From: Escherichia phage teqdroes
Sequence record: NC_054932.1
DNA length: 64,000 nucleotides
Direction: 5' to 3' (one strand)
Each line of letters opens with the position of its first letter. The stretch's first letter is position 1. Made by a program: the position numbers and the translations under genes. Below, piece after piece: positions 1-8,753 of this stretch. Under the pieces are notes generated by a model, which saw only the letters and a list, made by a program, of their open reading frames with translations, did no database searches and had not been told where the DNA came from.

Positions 1-1164
1 AAATCCCGTTTGATTAAAGCTTCCACTTCTAAAATGACTGCTGAACTGACTACATCTAAATTCTTTAATGAAAAGGATGTAATTCGTACAAAAATTCCAA
101 TGCTTAATATTGCTATTTCTGGTGCGATTGATGGCGGTATGCAGTCTGGTTTAACTATTTTCGCAGGGCCTTCTAAACACTTTAAATCAAATATGTCTTT
201 GACTATGGTTGCGGCATATTTGAACAAATATCCTGACGCGGTTTGTCTATTCTATGATAGCGAATTTGGTATTACTCCAGCTTATTTGCGATCCATGGGA
301 GTTGACCCGGAACGAGTAATTCATACGCCAATCCAGTCAGTTGAACAGCTGAAAATTGATATGGTGAATCAGCTTGAAGCTATTGAGCGCGGTGAAAAAG
401 TTATTGTATTCATCGACTCAATCGGTAATATGGCTTCTAAGAAAGAAACTGAAGATGCCTTGAATGAAAAATCTGTGGCAGATATGACTCGTGCTAAATC
501 GCTGAAGTCATTATTCCGTATTGTTACTCCTTACTTTAGCATTAAAAATATTCCATGCGTTGCGGTTAACCATACAATTGAAACAATTGAAATGTTTAGT
601 AAAACCGTGATGACAGGTGGTACAGGCGTAATGTATTCGGCTGATACTGTATTCATTATCGGTAAACGCCAGATTAAAGATGGTTCTGATCTTCAGGGGT
701 ATCAATTTGTTCTAAATGTAGAAAAATCTCGTACCGTTAAAGAAAAAAGTAAATTCTTTATTGATGTTAAATTTGACGGTGGCATCGATCCTTATTCTGG
801 ATTGTTAGATATGGCTCTTGAATTAGGATTTGTAGTAAAACCTAAAAATGGTTGGTATGCTCGTGAATTTCTTGATGAAGAAACCGGCGAGATGATTCGC
901 GAAGAAAAATCTTGGCGTGCAAAAGATACCAACTGCACTACATTCTGGGGTCCTTTATTTAAGCATCAACCATTCCGTGATGCTATTAAGCGTGCTTATC
1001 AGTTAGGTGCTATTGATAGTAATGAAATTGTTGAAGCGGAAGTTGATGAATTAATTAACTTAAAGGTTGAAAAATTTAAATCTCCAGAAAGTAAAAGTAA
1101 ATCAGCTGCTGATTTAGAAACTGACCTAGATCAGCTAAGTGATATGGAAGAATTTAATGAATAA
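1..1164 (+). CDS. uvsX: UvsX recombinase (RecA-like), 5'-truncated at window edge
   Basis: Translation matches T4 UvsX as recalled (…LIKASTSKLTAELT…KSPESKSKSAADLETDL…EEFNE); frame is open to position 1, so the N-terminus lies upstream of the window. Confidence 0.95.
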   Translation, partial: KSRLIKASTSKMTAELTTSKFFNEKDVIRTKIPMLNIAISGAIDGGMQSGLTIFAGPSKHFKSNMSLTMVAAYLNKYPDAVCLFYDSEFGITPAYLRSMGVDPERVIHTPIQSVEQLKIDMVNQLEAIERGEKVIVFIDSIGNMASKKETEDALNEKSVADMTRAKSLKSLFRIVTPYFSIKNIPCVAVNHTIETIEMFSKTVMTGGTGVMYSADTVFIIGKRQIKDGSDLQGYQFVLNVEKSRTVKEKSKFFIDVKFDGGIDPYSGLLDMALELGFVVKPKNGWYAREFLDEETGEMIREEKSWRAKDTNCTTFWGPLFKHQPFRDAIKRAYQLGAIDSNEIVEAEVDELINLKVEKFKSPESKSKSAADLETDLDQLSDMEEFNE

Positions 1165-1501
1165 AGATGATTTAGATTTAGATCTAGAAATTATCGATGA
1201 ATCCCCCTCTTCGGAGGGGGAAGAAGAAAGAAAAGAACGTCTTTTTAATGAATCTCTTAAGATAATTAAATCTGCCATGGAAAATGTTATCCAGGAGATT
1301 GTCATTAAACTAGAAGATGGTTCTACACACATTGTGTATGTGACAAAATTAGATTGGGTTGATGGAAAAGTCGTAATGGACTTTGCTGTTCTTGACCAAG
1401 AAAGAAAAGCTGAGTTAGCTCCTCATGTAGAAAAATGTATTACAATGCAATTACAAGATGCATTTAATAAAAGGTCAAAGAAAAAATTTAAATTCTTTTA
1501 A
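1157..1501 (+). CDS. 40: gp40 head vertex assembly protein
   Basis: ATG overlaps the uvsX stop; synteny uvsX-40-41 as in T4; acidic N-terminus. Confidence 0.7.
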   Translation: MNKDDLDLDLEIIDESPSSEGEEERKERLFNESLKIIKSAMENVIQEIVIKLEDGSTHIVYVTKLDWVDGKVVMDFAVLDQERKAELAPHVEKCITMQLQDAFNKRSKKKFKFF

Positions 1502-1510
1502 GGAGTAAGT

Positions 1511-2938
1511 GTGGTAGAAATTATTCTTTCTCATCTCATATTTGATCAAGCTTATTTTTCAAAAGTTTGGCCATATATGGATTCAGAATATTTTGAAAGT
1601 GGTCCAGCTAAAAATACATTCAAATTAATTAAATCTCATGTCAACGAGTATCATAGCGTTCCATCTATTAATGCGTTAAATGTTGCATTAGAAAATAGTT
1701 CATTTACTGAAACAGAATATTCTGGTGTAAAAACACTTATTTCAAAACTGGCTGATTCTCCGGAAGACCACAGCTGGTTAGTAAAAGAAACAGAAAAATA
1801 TGTTCAGCAAAGGGCGATGTTTAATGCTACGTCTAAAATAATCGAAATTCAAACTAATGCTGAGCTTCCTCCGGAAAAACGAAATAAGAAAATGCCGGAT
1901 GTTGGTGCTATTCCTGACATCATGCGACAAGCATTATCAATTTCATTTGATAGCTACGTTGGCCATGATTGGATGGATGACTACGAAGCACGTTGGCTAT
2001 CTTATATGAATAAAGCTCGTAAGGTTCCATTTAAACTCAGAATTCTGAACAAAATTACTAAAGGCGGAGCTGAGACTGGAACACTGAACGTTTTAATGGC
2101 TGGCGTTAACGTTGGTAAATCATTAGGATTGTGTTCATTAGCAGCAGATTATTTACAGCTCGGACATAATGTTCTTTACATTTCCATGGAAATGGCAGAA
2201 GAAGTCTGTGCTAAGCGTATTGACGCTAACATGCTTGATGTTTCTCTTGATGACATTGATGATGGGCATATTTCTTACGCTGAATATAAAGGAAAAATGG
2301 AAAAATGGCGTGAGAAATCTACCCTTGGTCGTTTAATCGTTAAACAGTATCCTACTGGTGGAGCAGATGCTAATACATTTCGATCACTTTTAAACGAATT
2401 GAAGCTCAAGAAGAATTTTGTTCCAACAATCATTATTGTCGACTATCTAGGTATTTGTAAATCTTGCCGCATTAGAGTTTATTCAGAAAATAGTTACACA
2501 ACTGTTAAAGCTATCGCAGAGGAATTGCGTGCTCTGGCTGTTGAAACCGAAACTGTTCTTTGGACTGCAGCACAGGTTGGTAAACAAGCTTGGGATTCTT
2601 CTGATGTTAACATGAGTGATATCGCAGAATCTGCTGGTCTTCCAGCGACAGCCGATTTTATGCTTGCGGTCATTGAAACCGAGGAGCTAGCAGCTGCTGA
2701 ACAACAACTCATTAAGCAAATCAAATCACGATATGGCGATAAGAACAAATGGAATAAGTTTTTGATGGGCGTTCAAAAAGGAAATCAGAAATGGGTAGAA
2801 ATTGAACAAGATTCTACTCCAACTGAAGTGAGTGAGGTAGCAGGTTCACAACAGATACAAGCTGAGCAGAATCGCTATCAAAGAAATGAATCCACTCGAG
2901 CTCAGTTAGATGCTTTGGCAAATGAATTAAAATTTTAG
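1511..2938 (+). CDS. 41: gp41 replicative DNA helicase (DnaB-like)
   Basis: 475 aa, GTG start 5 nt after AAGGAG; Walker A-like GVNVGKS; matches T4 gp41 length and sequence. Confidence 0.95.
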   Translation: MVEIILSHLIFDQAYFSKVWPYMDSEYFESGPAKNTFKLIKSHVNEYHSVPSINALNVALENSSFTETEYSGVKTLISKLADSPEDHSWLVKETEKYVQQRAMFNATSKIIEIQTNAELPPEKRNKKMPDVGAIPDIMRQALSISFDSYVGHDWMDDYEARWLSYMNKARKVPFKLRILNKITKGGAETGTLNVLMAGVNVGKSLGLCSLAADYLQLGHNVLYISMEMAEEVCAKRIDANMLDVSLDDIDDGHISYAEYKGKMEKWREKSTLGRLIVKQYPTGGADANTFRSLLNELKLKKNFVPTIIIVDYLGICKSCRIRVYSENSYTTVKAIAEELRALAVETETVLWTAAQVGKQAWDSSDVNMSDIAESAGLPATADFMLAVIETEELAAAEQQLIKQIKSRYGDKNKWNKFLMGVQKGNQKWVEIEQDSTPTEVSEVAGSQQIQAEQNRYQRNESTRAQLDALANELKF

Positions 2939-2968
2939 TTTACAAGCTGACAAGACTATGGTATAGTA
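2938..2968 (+). promoter_or_regulatory. T4-type early promoter (GTTTAC -35, TATAGT -10)
   Basis: GTTTAC at 2938-2943 and TATAGT at 2963-2968; -10 lies between the 8-bp inverted repeat ACAAGACT/AGTCTTGT. Confidence 0.55.
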
Positions 2969-2996
2969 GTCTTGTTGGTTAAATGAGGAGATTGTT

Positions 2997-3179
2997 ATGG
3001 AATTGGTAAAGGTAGTTTTTATGGGGTGGTTTAAGAATGAAAGCATGTTTACTAAAGAAATCACAATGATGAAAGATGACGTTCAATGGGCTACTACTCA
3101 ATATGCTGAAGTTAATAAAGCATTAGTTAAAGCTTTCATTGATGACAAGAAAGTGTGCGAAGTGGATTGCCGAGGATAA
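2997..3179 (+). CDS. dmd: Dmd-like antitoxin (inhibitor of host RnlA/LsoA), 61.5 position
   Basis: 60-aa ORF directly downstream of 41 with GAGGAG SD; size and position match T4 dmd. Confidence 0.7.
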   Translation: MELVKVVFMGWFKNESMFTKEITMMKDDVQWATTQYAEVNKALVKAFIDDKKVCEVDCRG

Positions 3180-3180
3180 T

Positions 3181-3438
3181 ATGCATATTGTTTTATTTAA
3201 ACCTACTCCGTATAACGTCAGGAAAAATACTCAATTCAAAGCACTTATTGCAGATACGTGGGAATTGGTGTTAGATATTCCAACAGAAGAAAGTCCTCCA
3301 TTTGGTCGAGTGGAATTTATTAAGTTTGCTGTACGTCCTACGAAGAGGCAGATTCGTCAGTATAAAAGGTATTTTCGTAAAATCGTTAAGCTAGAGAAAC
3401 AGTTTGTAACATGTGATTACGCAGAAGTTTTAAAATAG
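3181..3438 (+). CDS. hypothetical early protein (61.4 position)
   Basis: 85-aa ORF from ATG 3181 with GAGGA SD, basic C-terminus; the ORF-track start at 3139 is TTG and overlaps dmd. Confidence 0.5.
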   Translation: MHIVLFKPTPYNVRKNTQFKALIADTWELVLDIPTEESPPFGRVEFIKFAVRPTKRQIRQYKRYFRKIVKLEKQFVTCDYAEVLK

Positions 3439-3440
3439 CT

Positions 3441-3473
3441 GTTTACTTTTGTTGGAAATTGAGATACTATATA
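3441..3473 (+). promoter_or_regulatory. early promoter
   Basis: GTTTAC at 3441-3446, ACTATATAA -10 region. Confidence 0.5.
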
Positions 3474-3498
3474 AACATAAACTACTGAGGAGATTATC

Positions 3499-3792
3499 AT
3501 GAAAAAATTTATTTTTGCTACAATTTTTACTTTGGCTTCTTGTGCTGCTCAGCCTGCTATGGCAGGATATGATAAAGATTTGTGTGAATGGTCTATGACT
3601 GCAGATCAGACTGAAGTTGAAACTCAAATTGAAGCGGATATTATGAATATCGTTGAGCGCGATCGTCCTGAAATGAAAGCTGAAGTGCAAAAACAACTTA
3701 AGTCTGGTGGTGTAATGCAGTATAATTATGTTCTGTATTGCGATAAAAACTTTAATAACAAAAATATCGTAACCGAAATCACAGGCGAATAA
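3499..3792 (+). CDS. sp: Spackle periplasmic protein (gp5 lysozyme inhibitor, superinfection exclusion)
   Basis: 97 aa with signal peptide MKKFIFATIFTLASCAAQPAMA; near-identical to T4 Sp as recalled. Confidence 0.9.
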   Translation: MKKFIFATIFTLASCAAQPAMAGYDKDLCEWSMTADQTEVETQIEADIMNIVERDRPEMKAEVQKQLKSGGVMQYNYVLYCDKNFNNKNIVTEITGE

Positions 3793-3793
3793 T

Positions 3794-4426
3794 ATGATTT
3801 ATTATATGCACAAAAATCCACCGTTTAAATACGGTAAATTTCCTGATGCACAATGTTATAATATAACGCCTGATGAAAATAACCGTGGATATCTTATTGG
3901 CACAATTTTTGTAATTGTTAAAGATAACGAAATCGTTGCCTGGGCAGATTTTAAAGGTACAACATATGATGTTAATCCGGTGCCTTTCACATATTACAAT
4001 TTAATGGATTTGGCATACGATTATAATTGGTTTAATCATGACACTTTGGCTCATATTGAAGGTGTAGGATTTGATATTTCATATTCGGAATACACTTTAA
4101 GCCCTATGAGTCGAGCCCATAAAGAACCTGAATATTTTTCATTTAGGAAACGTGTAAACTTTAAACGCAGCACAGAGTATGTCGGTGGAATCTTTGTTAA
4201 AGATAATCGAATTATTCGTATTAATTATCCTTTGAGCGTTAGTCAAAAAGATATTGATGTTGATTTAGATTTCACTGAAAATAATATTAATAATATTGCT
4301 TCTGTGTATTTTGGTATCGATCACAAAATTGTAATATGTGGATATGAATTACCGTTTGAAGAACAGCCTAAAGTAAAAGTTTCTATTGACGATCAAATTT
4401 TTAATGCTTTTATGAATAAAGGTTAA
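3794..4426 (+). CDS. hypothetical protein, 61.2 position
   Basis: 210-aa ORF with internal repeated G-x-I-F/V-V-x-KDN segments; C-terminal IDDQIFNAFMNKG is shared with the next ORF. Confidence 0.6.
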   Translation: MIYYMHKNPPFKYGKFPDAQCYNITPDENNRGYLIGTIFVIVKDNEIVAWADFKGTTYDVNPVPFTYYNLMDLAYDYNWFNHDTLAHIEGVGFDISYSEYTLSPMSRAHKEPEYFSFRKRVNFKRSTEYVGGIFVKDNRIIRINYPLSVSQKDIDVDLDFTENNINNIASVYFGIDHKIVICGYELPFEEQPKVKVSIDDQIFNAFMNKG

Positions 4427-4427
4427 T

Positions 4428-4784
4428 ATGTATAGTTCTGAATTTTCATATTTAAAAATGGAAAAAATTTCATACGATTTTATAGATGAAAAGGTTTATT
4501 ACAGTTTCCATGAACCGCGTTTTAATAGTGAGGTTGGGTTTATTGTAGTAAAAGACAATTTCATTTTAAAGATATATTCGGCATTAAAGGATTTTCACTA
4601 CGAAAATATTAACCTAAAATTTGATAAAGAAAACGTTCGTAATTGTGCAGTAACAATTACAGGAAATAAAGGTACATGTGTTATGCTATCTGATGAAATT
4701 AATGATTTACTAAATGATGCAGAAAATATTACTGCGCCATCTATTGATGACCAAATTTTTAATGCTTTTATGAATAGAGGTTAA
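4428..4784 (+). CDS. hypothetical protein, 61.1 position, paralog of the preceding ORF
   Basis: 118-aa ORF ending IDDQIFNAFMNRG; start 1 nt after the previous stop. Confidence 0.55.
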   Translation: MYSSEFSYLKMEKISYDFIDEKVYYSFHEPRFNSEVGFIVVKDNFILKIYSALKDFHYENINLKFDKENVRNCAVTITGNKGTCVMLSDEINDLLNDAENITAPSIDDQIFNAFMNRG

Positions 4785-4785
4785 T

Positions 4786-4950
4786 ATGAAAACATATAAA
4801 GAATTTATTAAAGAAGATATGGTCGCTGGAGATTCAGGTGGTAATCCTGAAAATATCTCTACTGGAACAACGTCAGGCGCTGTAGTAAATAAAGGTCCTG
4901 AGCAGATTCCTAAAAAGAAAAAAGAGGAATCTAAAGAAAAAGAAGAGTAA
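4786..4950 (+). CDS. small Lys/Glu-rich ORF (54 aa)
   Basis: ATG 1 nt after the preceding stop and ending 2 nt before the gene 61 ATG; below the ORF-track size cutoff. Confidence 0.35.
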   Translation: MKTYKEFIKEDMVAGDSGGNPENISTGTTSGAVVNKGPEQIPKKKKEESKEKEE

Positions 4951-4952
4951 AA

Positions 4953-5981
4953 ATGTCATCAATACCTTGGATTGATAATGAGTTTGCATACCGTGCATTA
5001 GCTCATTTACCTAAATTCACACAAGTAAATAATAGTTCAACTTTTAAATTGCGGTTTAGATGTCCAGTTTGTGGAGATTCAAAAACCGACCAGAATAAAG
5101 CTCGTGGATGGTATTATGGTGATAATAATGAAGGAAATATTCATTGTTATAACTGTAATTATCATGCACCAATCGGAATATATTTAAAGGAGTTTGAACC
5201 TGATTTATATCGTGAGTATATCTTTGAAATAAGAAAAGAAAAAGGTAAAAGTCGTCCAGTAGAAAAACCTAAAGAACTTCCTAAGCAACCTGAGAAGAAA
5301 ATAATTAAATCTCTTCCGTCATGTGTTAGATTAGATAAACTGGCGGAAGACCATCCAATTATAAAATATGTAAAAGCTCGTTGTATTCCAAAGGATAAAT
5401 GGAAATATCTTTGGTTTACAACCGAATGGCCTAAATTAGTTAATAGCATAGCACCGGGAACATATAAAAAGGAAATACCTGAGCCTCGTCTTGTTATTCC
5501 AATTTATAATGCTAATGGAAAAGCTGAGTCTTTTCAAGGACGTGCATTAAAGAAAGATGCTCCCCAAAAATATATCACCATCAAAGCTTATCCTGAAGCA
5601 ACAAAAATTTACGGTGTTGAACGAGTTAAAGATGGTGATGTATATGTTCTAGAAGGACCCATCGATTCACTTTTTATTGAAAATGGTATAGCTATTACAG
5701 GTGGTCAATTAGACCTAGAAGTTGTTCCATTTAAAGATAGACGAGTGTGGGTTTTAGATAATGAACCTCGTCACCCTGACACTATCAAACGAATGACTAA
5801 ATTAGTTGATGCAGGAGAAAGGGTTATGTTTTGGGATAAATCTCCCTGGAAATCAAAAGATGTCAATGATATGATTAGAAAGGAAGGTGCAACCCCTGAA
5901 CAAATTATGGAATATATGAAAAATAATATTACCCAGGGGTTGATGGCTAAAATGCGGCTATCTAAATATGCTAAGATTTAA
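4953..5981 (+). CDS. 61: gp61 DNA primase
   Basis: 342 aa; zinc ribbon CPVCGDS…CYNCNYH; matches T4 primase. Confidence 0.95.
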   Translation: MSSIPWIDNEFAYRALAHLPKFTQVNNSSTFKLRFRCPVCGDSKTDQNKARGWYYGDNNEGNIHCYNCNYHAPIGIYLKEFEPDLYREYIFEIRKEKGKSRPVEKPKELPKQPEKKIIKSLPSCVRLDKLAEDHPIIKYVKARCIPKDKWKYLWFTTEWPKLVNSIAPGTYKKEIPEPRLVIPIYNANGKAESFQGRALKKDAPQKYITIKAYPEATKIYGVERVKDGDVYVLEGPIDSLFIENGIAITGGQLDLEVVPFKDRRVWVLDNEPRHPDTIKRMTKLVDAGERVMFWDKSPWKSKDVNDMIRKEGATPEQIMEYMKNNITQGLMAKMRLSKYAKI

Positions 5982-6178
5982 ATCAACCCAACTAAAGCAA
6001 ATGCTAAATCTACAAATGTATCAAGAGTAACTACTGGAATATTAACACCATGAGCAATAGCAATTGGTGATAAAACAAAATTCCAGAGTAAAATTCCTAT
6101 CATAGCAGAAATAGTAAAAGCTATACGTTTTTTATTACCTTTTATGGCATTAACAAGTGCCATTAATTTTTGTACCAT
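5978..6178 (-). CDS. hypothetical small hydrophobic protein, antisense to the early operon
   Basis: 66-aa minus-strand ORF; AAGGAGGA SD 5 nt upstream of its ATG; stop overlaps the gene 61 stop; two predicted hydrophobic helices. Confidence 0.45.
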   Translation of the reverse strand: MVQKLMALVNAIKGNKKRIAFTISAMIGILLWNFVLSPIAIAHGVNIPVVTLDTFVDLAFALVGLI

Positions 6179-6249
6179 GTGTCCTCCTTATTGCTTTATA
6201 TATTTATTGTATAATTAATCTACTAACCCATGAATTGAAAGGAAAAATA

Positions 6250-6768
6250 ATGGCATACTTTAATGAATGTTCACAACTGATTGAAGGCGCTGATAAAGCT
6301 CAAAATGAATACTGGGATATTCTCGGTGATGAAAAAGACCCGCTGCAGGTTATGCTTGATATGCAGAAATCTTTGCAGGTTCGTTTAGCTAAAGATAAAC
6401 CTGAATATAACCGTCATCCTGATGATTTGGCTACTGCCGGTGAAGTTGTTGATTGGCTACGTAATCAGAAAGACTATATTGATGATGAATTCCGTGAACT
6501 TCTGACTTCTCTTGGTGGTATGAGCAATGGCGAAAAAGATGCATCTGCTGTATGGAAACCTTGGAAGTCGCAACATGGTGAACGCCGTGAAACTCTGATT
6601 ACTGATTTGTCTCCGCAAGACCAGCTGGAAATTAAATTTGAAATGATTGATATTCTTCATTTCGTTCTGAATATGTTCCAAGGTCTTGGTCTTACTGCTG
6701 AAGAAATCTTTAAACTTTATTATCTGAAAAATGCAGAAAATTTCGCACGTCAAGACAGAGGTTATTAA
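6250..6768 (+). CDS. 56: dCTPase/dUTPase (gp56)
   Basis: Starts MAYFNECSQLIEGADKAQNEYWDILGDEKDPLQVMLDMQ; matches T4 gp56; the ORF-track start at 6157 is an upstream extension. Confidence 0.9.
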   Translation: MAYFNECSQLIEGADKAQNEYWDILGDEKDPLQVMLDMQKSLQVRLAKDKPEYNRHPDDLATAGEVVDWLRNQKDYIDDEFRELLTSLGGMSNGEKDASAVWKPWKSQHGERRETLITDLSPQDQLEIKFEMIDILHFVLNMFQGLGLTAEEIFKLYYLKNAENFARQDRGY

Positions 6769-7175
6769 TGGCTCGTTTAAATAAACGCCAGCTTAAGAAA
6801 GCCCGCAAGAAACGTATTGACCAGCTATTTAAAGATTATGACAAGGGGCTCGTATGTGAGCTCTTAACTAATCAGCTTCGTATGGTTGATTGGGTTGTAA
6901 AAGAAGGTCCTGACGAAATTTTTGTCAGTGAAGAAGCCTTAAAAATTAATTATAGAGCATTCAAAATGAAATTTGATTTTTATGCATGGCAAAAAGCCGG
7001 GAGACCGGCTAGTAGAGCATTTGGTTCTGATGGATATAATATTAGAGCCCATTGGAAATTTAATGCTCCAGAAGATTATTCTCCGGTAATTATTAACGGT
7101 GATGTTGTTATATTAACTAAAATTGGGTATTTTAACGTTCCGCGAGAATTTATTATAAATAGTCATGTAATTTAA
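6768..7175 (+). CDS. hypothetical protein
   Basis: 135-aa ORF, ATG overlaps the gene 56 stop (TAATG); basic N-terminus; occupies the slot between 56 and soc. Confidence 0.5.
   Translation: MARLNKRQLKKARKKRIDQLFKDYDKGLVCELLTNQLRMVDWVVKEGPDEIFVSEEALKINYRAFKMKFDFYAWQKAGRPASRAFGSDGYNIRAHWKFNAPEDYSPVIINGDVVILTKIGYFNVPREFIINSHVI
7154..7161 (+). promoter_or_regulatory. candidate late promoter (TATAAATA) for soc
   Basis: TATAAATA about 30 nt upstream of the soc ATG. Confidence 0.45.
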
Positions 7176-7191
7176 ATAAAAGGAGAATTAC

Positions 7192-7437
7192 ATGGCTAGT
7201 ACTCGCGGTTATGTTAATATCAAAACATTTGAGCAGAAATTAGATGGAAATAAGAAAATTGAAGGAAAGGAAATTTCCGTAGCTTTCCCTCTTTATTCTG
7301 ACGTTCACAAAATTTCTGGTGCTCATTATCAGACATTCCCTTCAGAAAAAGCAGCATATTCTACAGTATATGAAGAAAATCAATGTACTGAATGGATTGC
7401 TGCAAATGAAGATTTGTGGAAAGTAACTGGTGAATAA
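7192..7437 (+). CDS. soc: small outer capsid protein Soc
   Basis: 81-aa ORF MASTRGYVNIKTFEQKLDGNKKIEGKEISVAF…; matches T4 Soc. Confidence 0.95.
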   Translation: MASTRGYVNIKTFEQKLDGNKKIEGKEISVAFPLYSDVHKISGAHYQTFPSEKAAYSTVYEENQCTEWIAANEDLWKVTGE

Positions 7438-7444
7438 ATTCAAG

Positions 7445-7469
7445 GACTCCTTCGGGAGTCCTTTTTTCA
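7445..7469 (+). terminator. rho-independent terminator
   Basis: GGACTCC-TTCG-GGAGTCC hairpin followed by a T-run. Confidence 0.8.
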
Positions 7470-7477
7470 TTTAAATG

Positions 7478-7507
7478 GTTTACTTTCCAAAATGAGTATG
7501 GTATAAT
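7478..7507 (+). promoter_or_regulatory. early promoter
   Basis: GTTTAC at 7478-7483, TATAAT at 7502-7507. Confidence 0.55.
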
Positions 7508-7533
7508 AAAATTATCTTATAGAGGAGAGCACT

Positions 7534-7740
7534 ATGTTAAATCGCTGGATTAAACCAAATGAAGATTTAGATATTATCATTTCACGACATGTAATGAAGA
7601 AATATGAACTACAGCCATGGTCTACAGAAGTTGTTGTGCATTCATTTATGATGTACGCAGATGGTTCTGTCGAATTTAATGCAGAGATTCGATATGATTA
7701 TGGCGAGAAGCAAGTCGAATTTAAGAGAGGCTTTTTGTAA
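7534..7740 (+). CDS. hypothetical protein (68 aa)
   Basis: ORF with GAGGAGAG SD upstream. Confidence 0.5.
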   Translation: MLNRWIKPNEDLDIIISRHVMKKYELQPWSTEVVVHSFMMYADGSVEFNAEIRYDYGEKQVEFKRGFL

Positions 7741-8081
7741 TGTTTATCTTTAATTGGTTTAAAAGTTTCTTTACAGATTTTTTCTCTACGACTCCTGGAG
7801 AAGGTGTAGTTCCTATTTCAAATGACTACCTTCCTTTAACTGTAGTTGAGTATGTTTATATGGGAGATGGAACAGTAGAAGCAGTTACTATGACTTATGA
7901 AGAAGCCCAAGAATATTATAAAAATCCTTGGCGCTGGTCAACACCTACTGCATCATCTAACACACAGAATACACAGTCTAGTTCTGATTCATATGACACC
8001 AATGTTCCTGTTCATGTATGGACGGGCGATTCATGTGGAAGTTCTTGTGATTCTAGTTGTTCATCTACATCTTGCGATTGA
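7740..8081 (+). CDS. hypothetical protein with Cys/Ser-rich C-terminal tail
   Basis: 113 aa, ATG overlaps the previous stop; C-terminus …[17 protein letters not shown]. Confidence 0.5.
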   Translation: MFIFNWFKSFFTDFFSTTPGEGVVPISNDYLPLTVVEYVYMGDGTVEAVTMTYEEAQEYYKNPWRWSTPTASSNTQNTQSSSDSYDTNVPVHVWTGDSCGSSCDSSCSSTSCD

Positions 8082-8089
8082 GGAAAATT

Positions 8090-8575
8090 ATGGAAGCAAT
8101 TTTGTTTGAAATGTCTATCAATAGTATTAGTATGGCGTTTGTCAAGGATGTTCCAATTACCGTAGCAGTAATGATTGATAAAAGATATGACAATGACATG
8201 TATCTAGTAGAAGATTTTATTTCAATGCCAATTCCAGAAGATGTTGAAATAAAACTTAAAAAGATCGGAATTATTGAAAATGTACAAAATTCTCCATTTA
8301 TGGCAATTCAAGCATTTACTAAATCTAACTATATTGATGTTGCTGAAGCATATTATAATAATAAACCGCTGCCATTATATTCATATGATTCAATATATGA
8401 CTGGAAAATAGATAAGGGAAATAAATTTATAATTACGGAAGAAAATGCGCTATCATATTTTATTACCTCTTTATGGAATAATTTAAATCCAAAATTGCTA
8501 AAAATTCATGAATTTGACGATGCTCCTACTATTGTTTTAGGTAAAATAAATGAAAGTTCTGAAGAAAATGCTTGA
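8090..8575 (+). CDS. hypothetical protein (mrh-region)
   Basis: 161 aa from ATG 8090 with GAGGA SD; the ORF-track start at 8057 is upstream. Confidence 0.5.
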   Translation: MEAILFEMSINSISMAFVKDVPITVAVMIDKRYDNDMYLVEDFISMPIPEDVEIKLKKIGIIENVQNSPFMAIQAFTKSNYIDVAEAYYNNKPLPLYSYDSIYDWKIDKGNKFIITEENALSYFITSLWNNLNPKLLKIHEFDDAPTIVLGKINESSEENA

Positions 8576-8753
8576 ATGGTTCAATAGACCAAACTCAATG
8601 TATATTGATGATGGTTGGGTTGAACAGGCAAATAAAGAAATGCAGAACGAATCGGAAGAATGGATGAAATCAATGATTAGTGCTGAGAAAGAAAAGAAAT
8701 TAGAACGCTCAGCACTTAAATTGATGAGAGACATCTATGGGGATAAATCATGA
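8550..8753 (+). CDS. hypothetical protein (67 aa)
   Basis: ORF overlapping neighbours in the same operon. Confidence 0.4.
   Translation: MKVLKKMLEWFNRPNSMYIDDGWVEQANKEMQNESEEWMKSMISAEKEKKLERSALKLMRDIYGDKS

Noticed and set aside
511-705. Minus-strand 64-aa ORF inside uvsX
   Set aside because: Lies entirely antisense within a strongly supported conserved CDS, with no SD or promoter; typical spurious ORF of an AT-rich genome. The same reasoning applies to antisense ORFs at 1135-1332, 2494-2748, 5162-5449, 6457-6753, 12434-12658, 19065-19310, 22860-23222, 26721-27341, 49764-50006, 51804-52109 and 55857-56264.
6157-6249. Upstream extension of the gene 56 ORF given by the ORF track (also 24584-24643, 25016-25150, 44569-44694, 45613-45669)
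   Set aside because: These extensions run through promoter and terminator sequences and begin at non-ATG codons; the downstream ATGs have proper SD spacing and match the expected protein N-termini.
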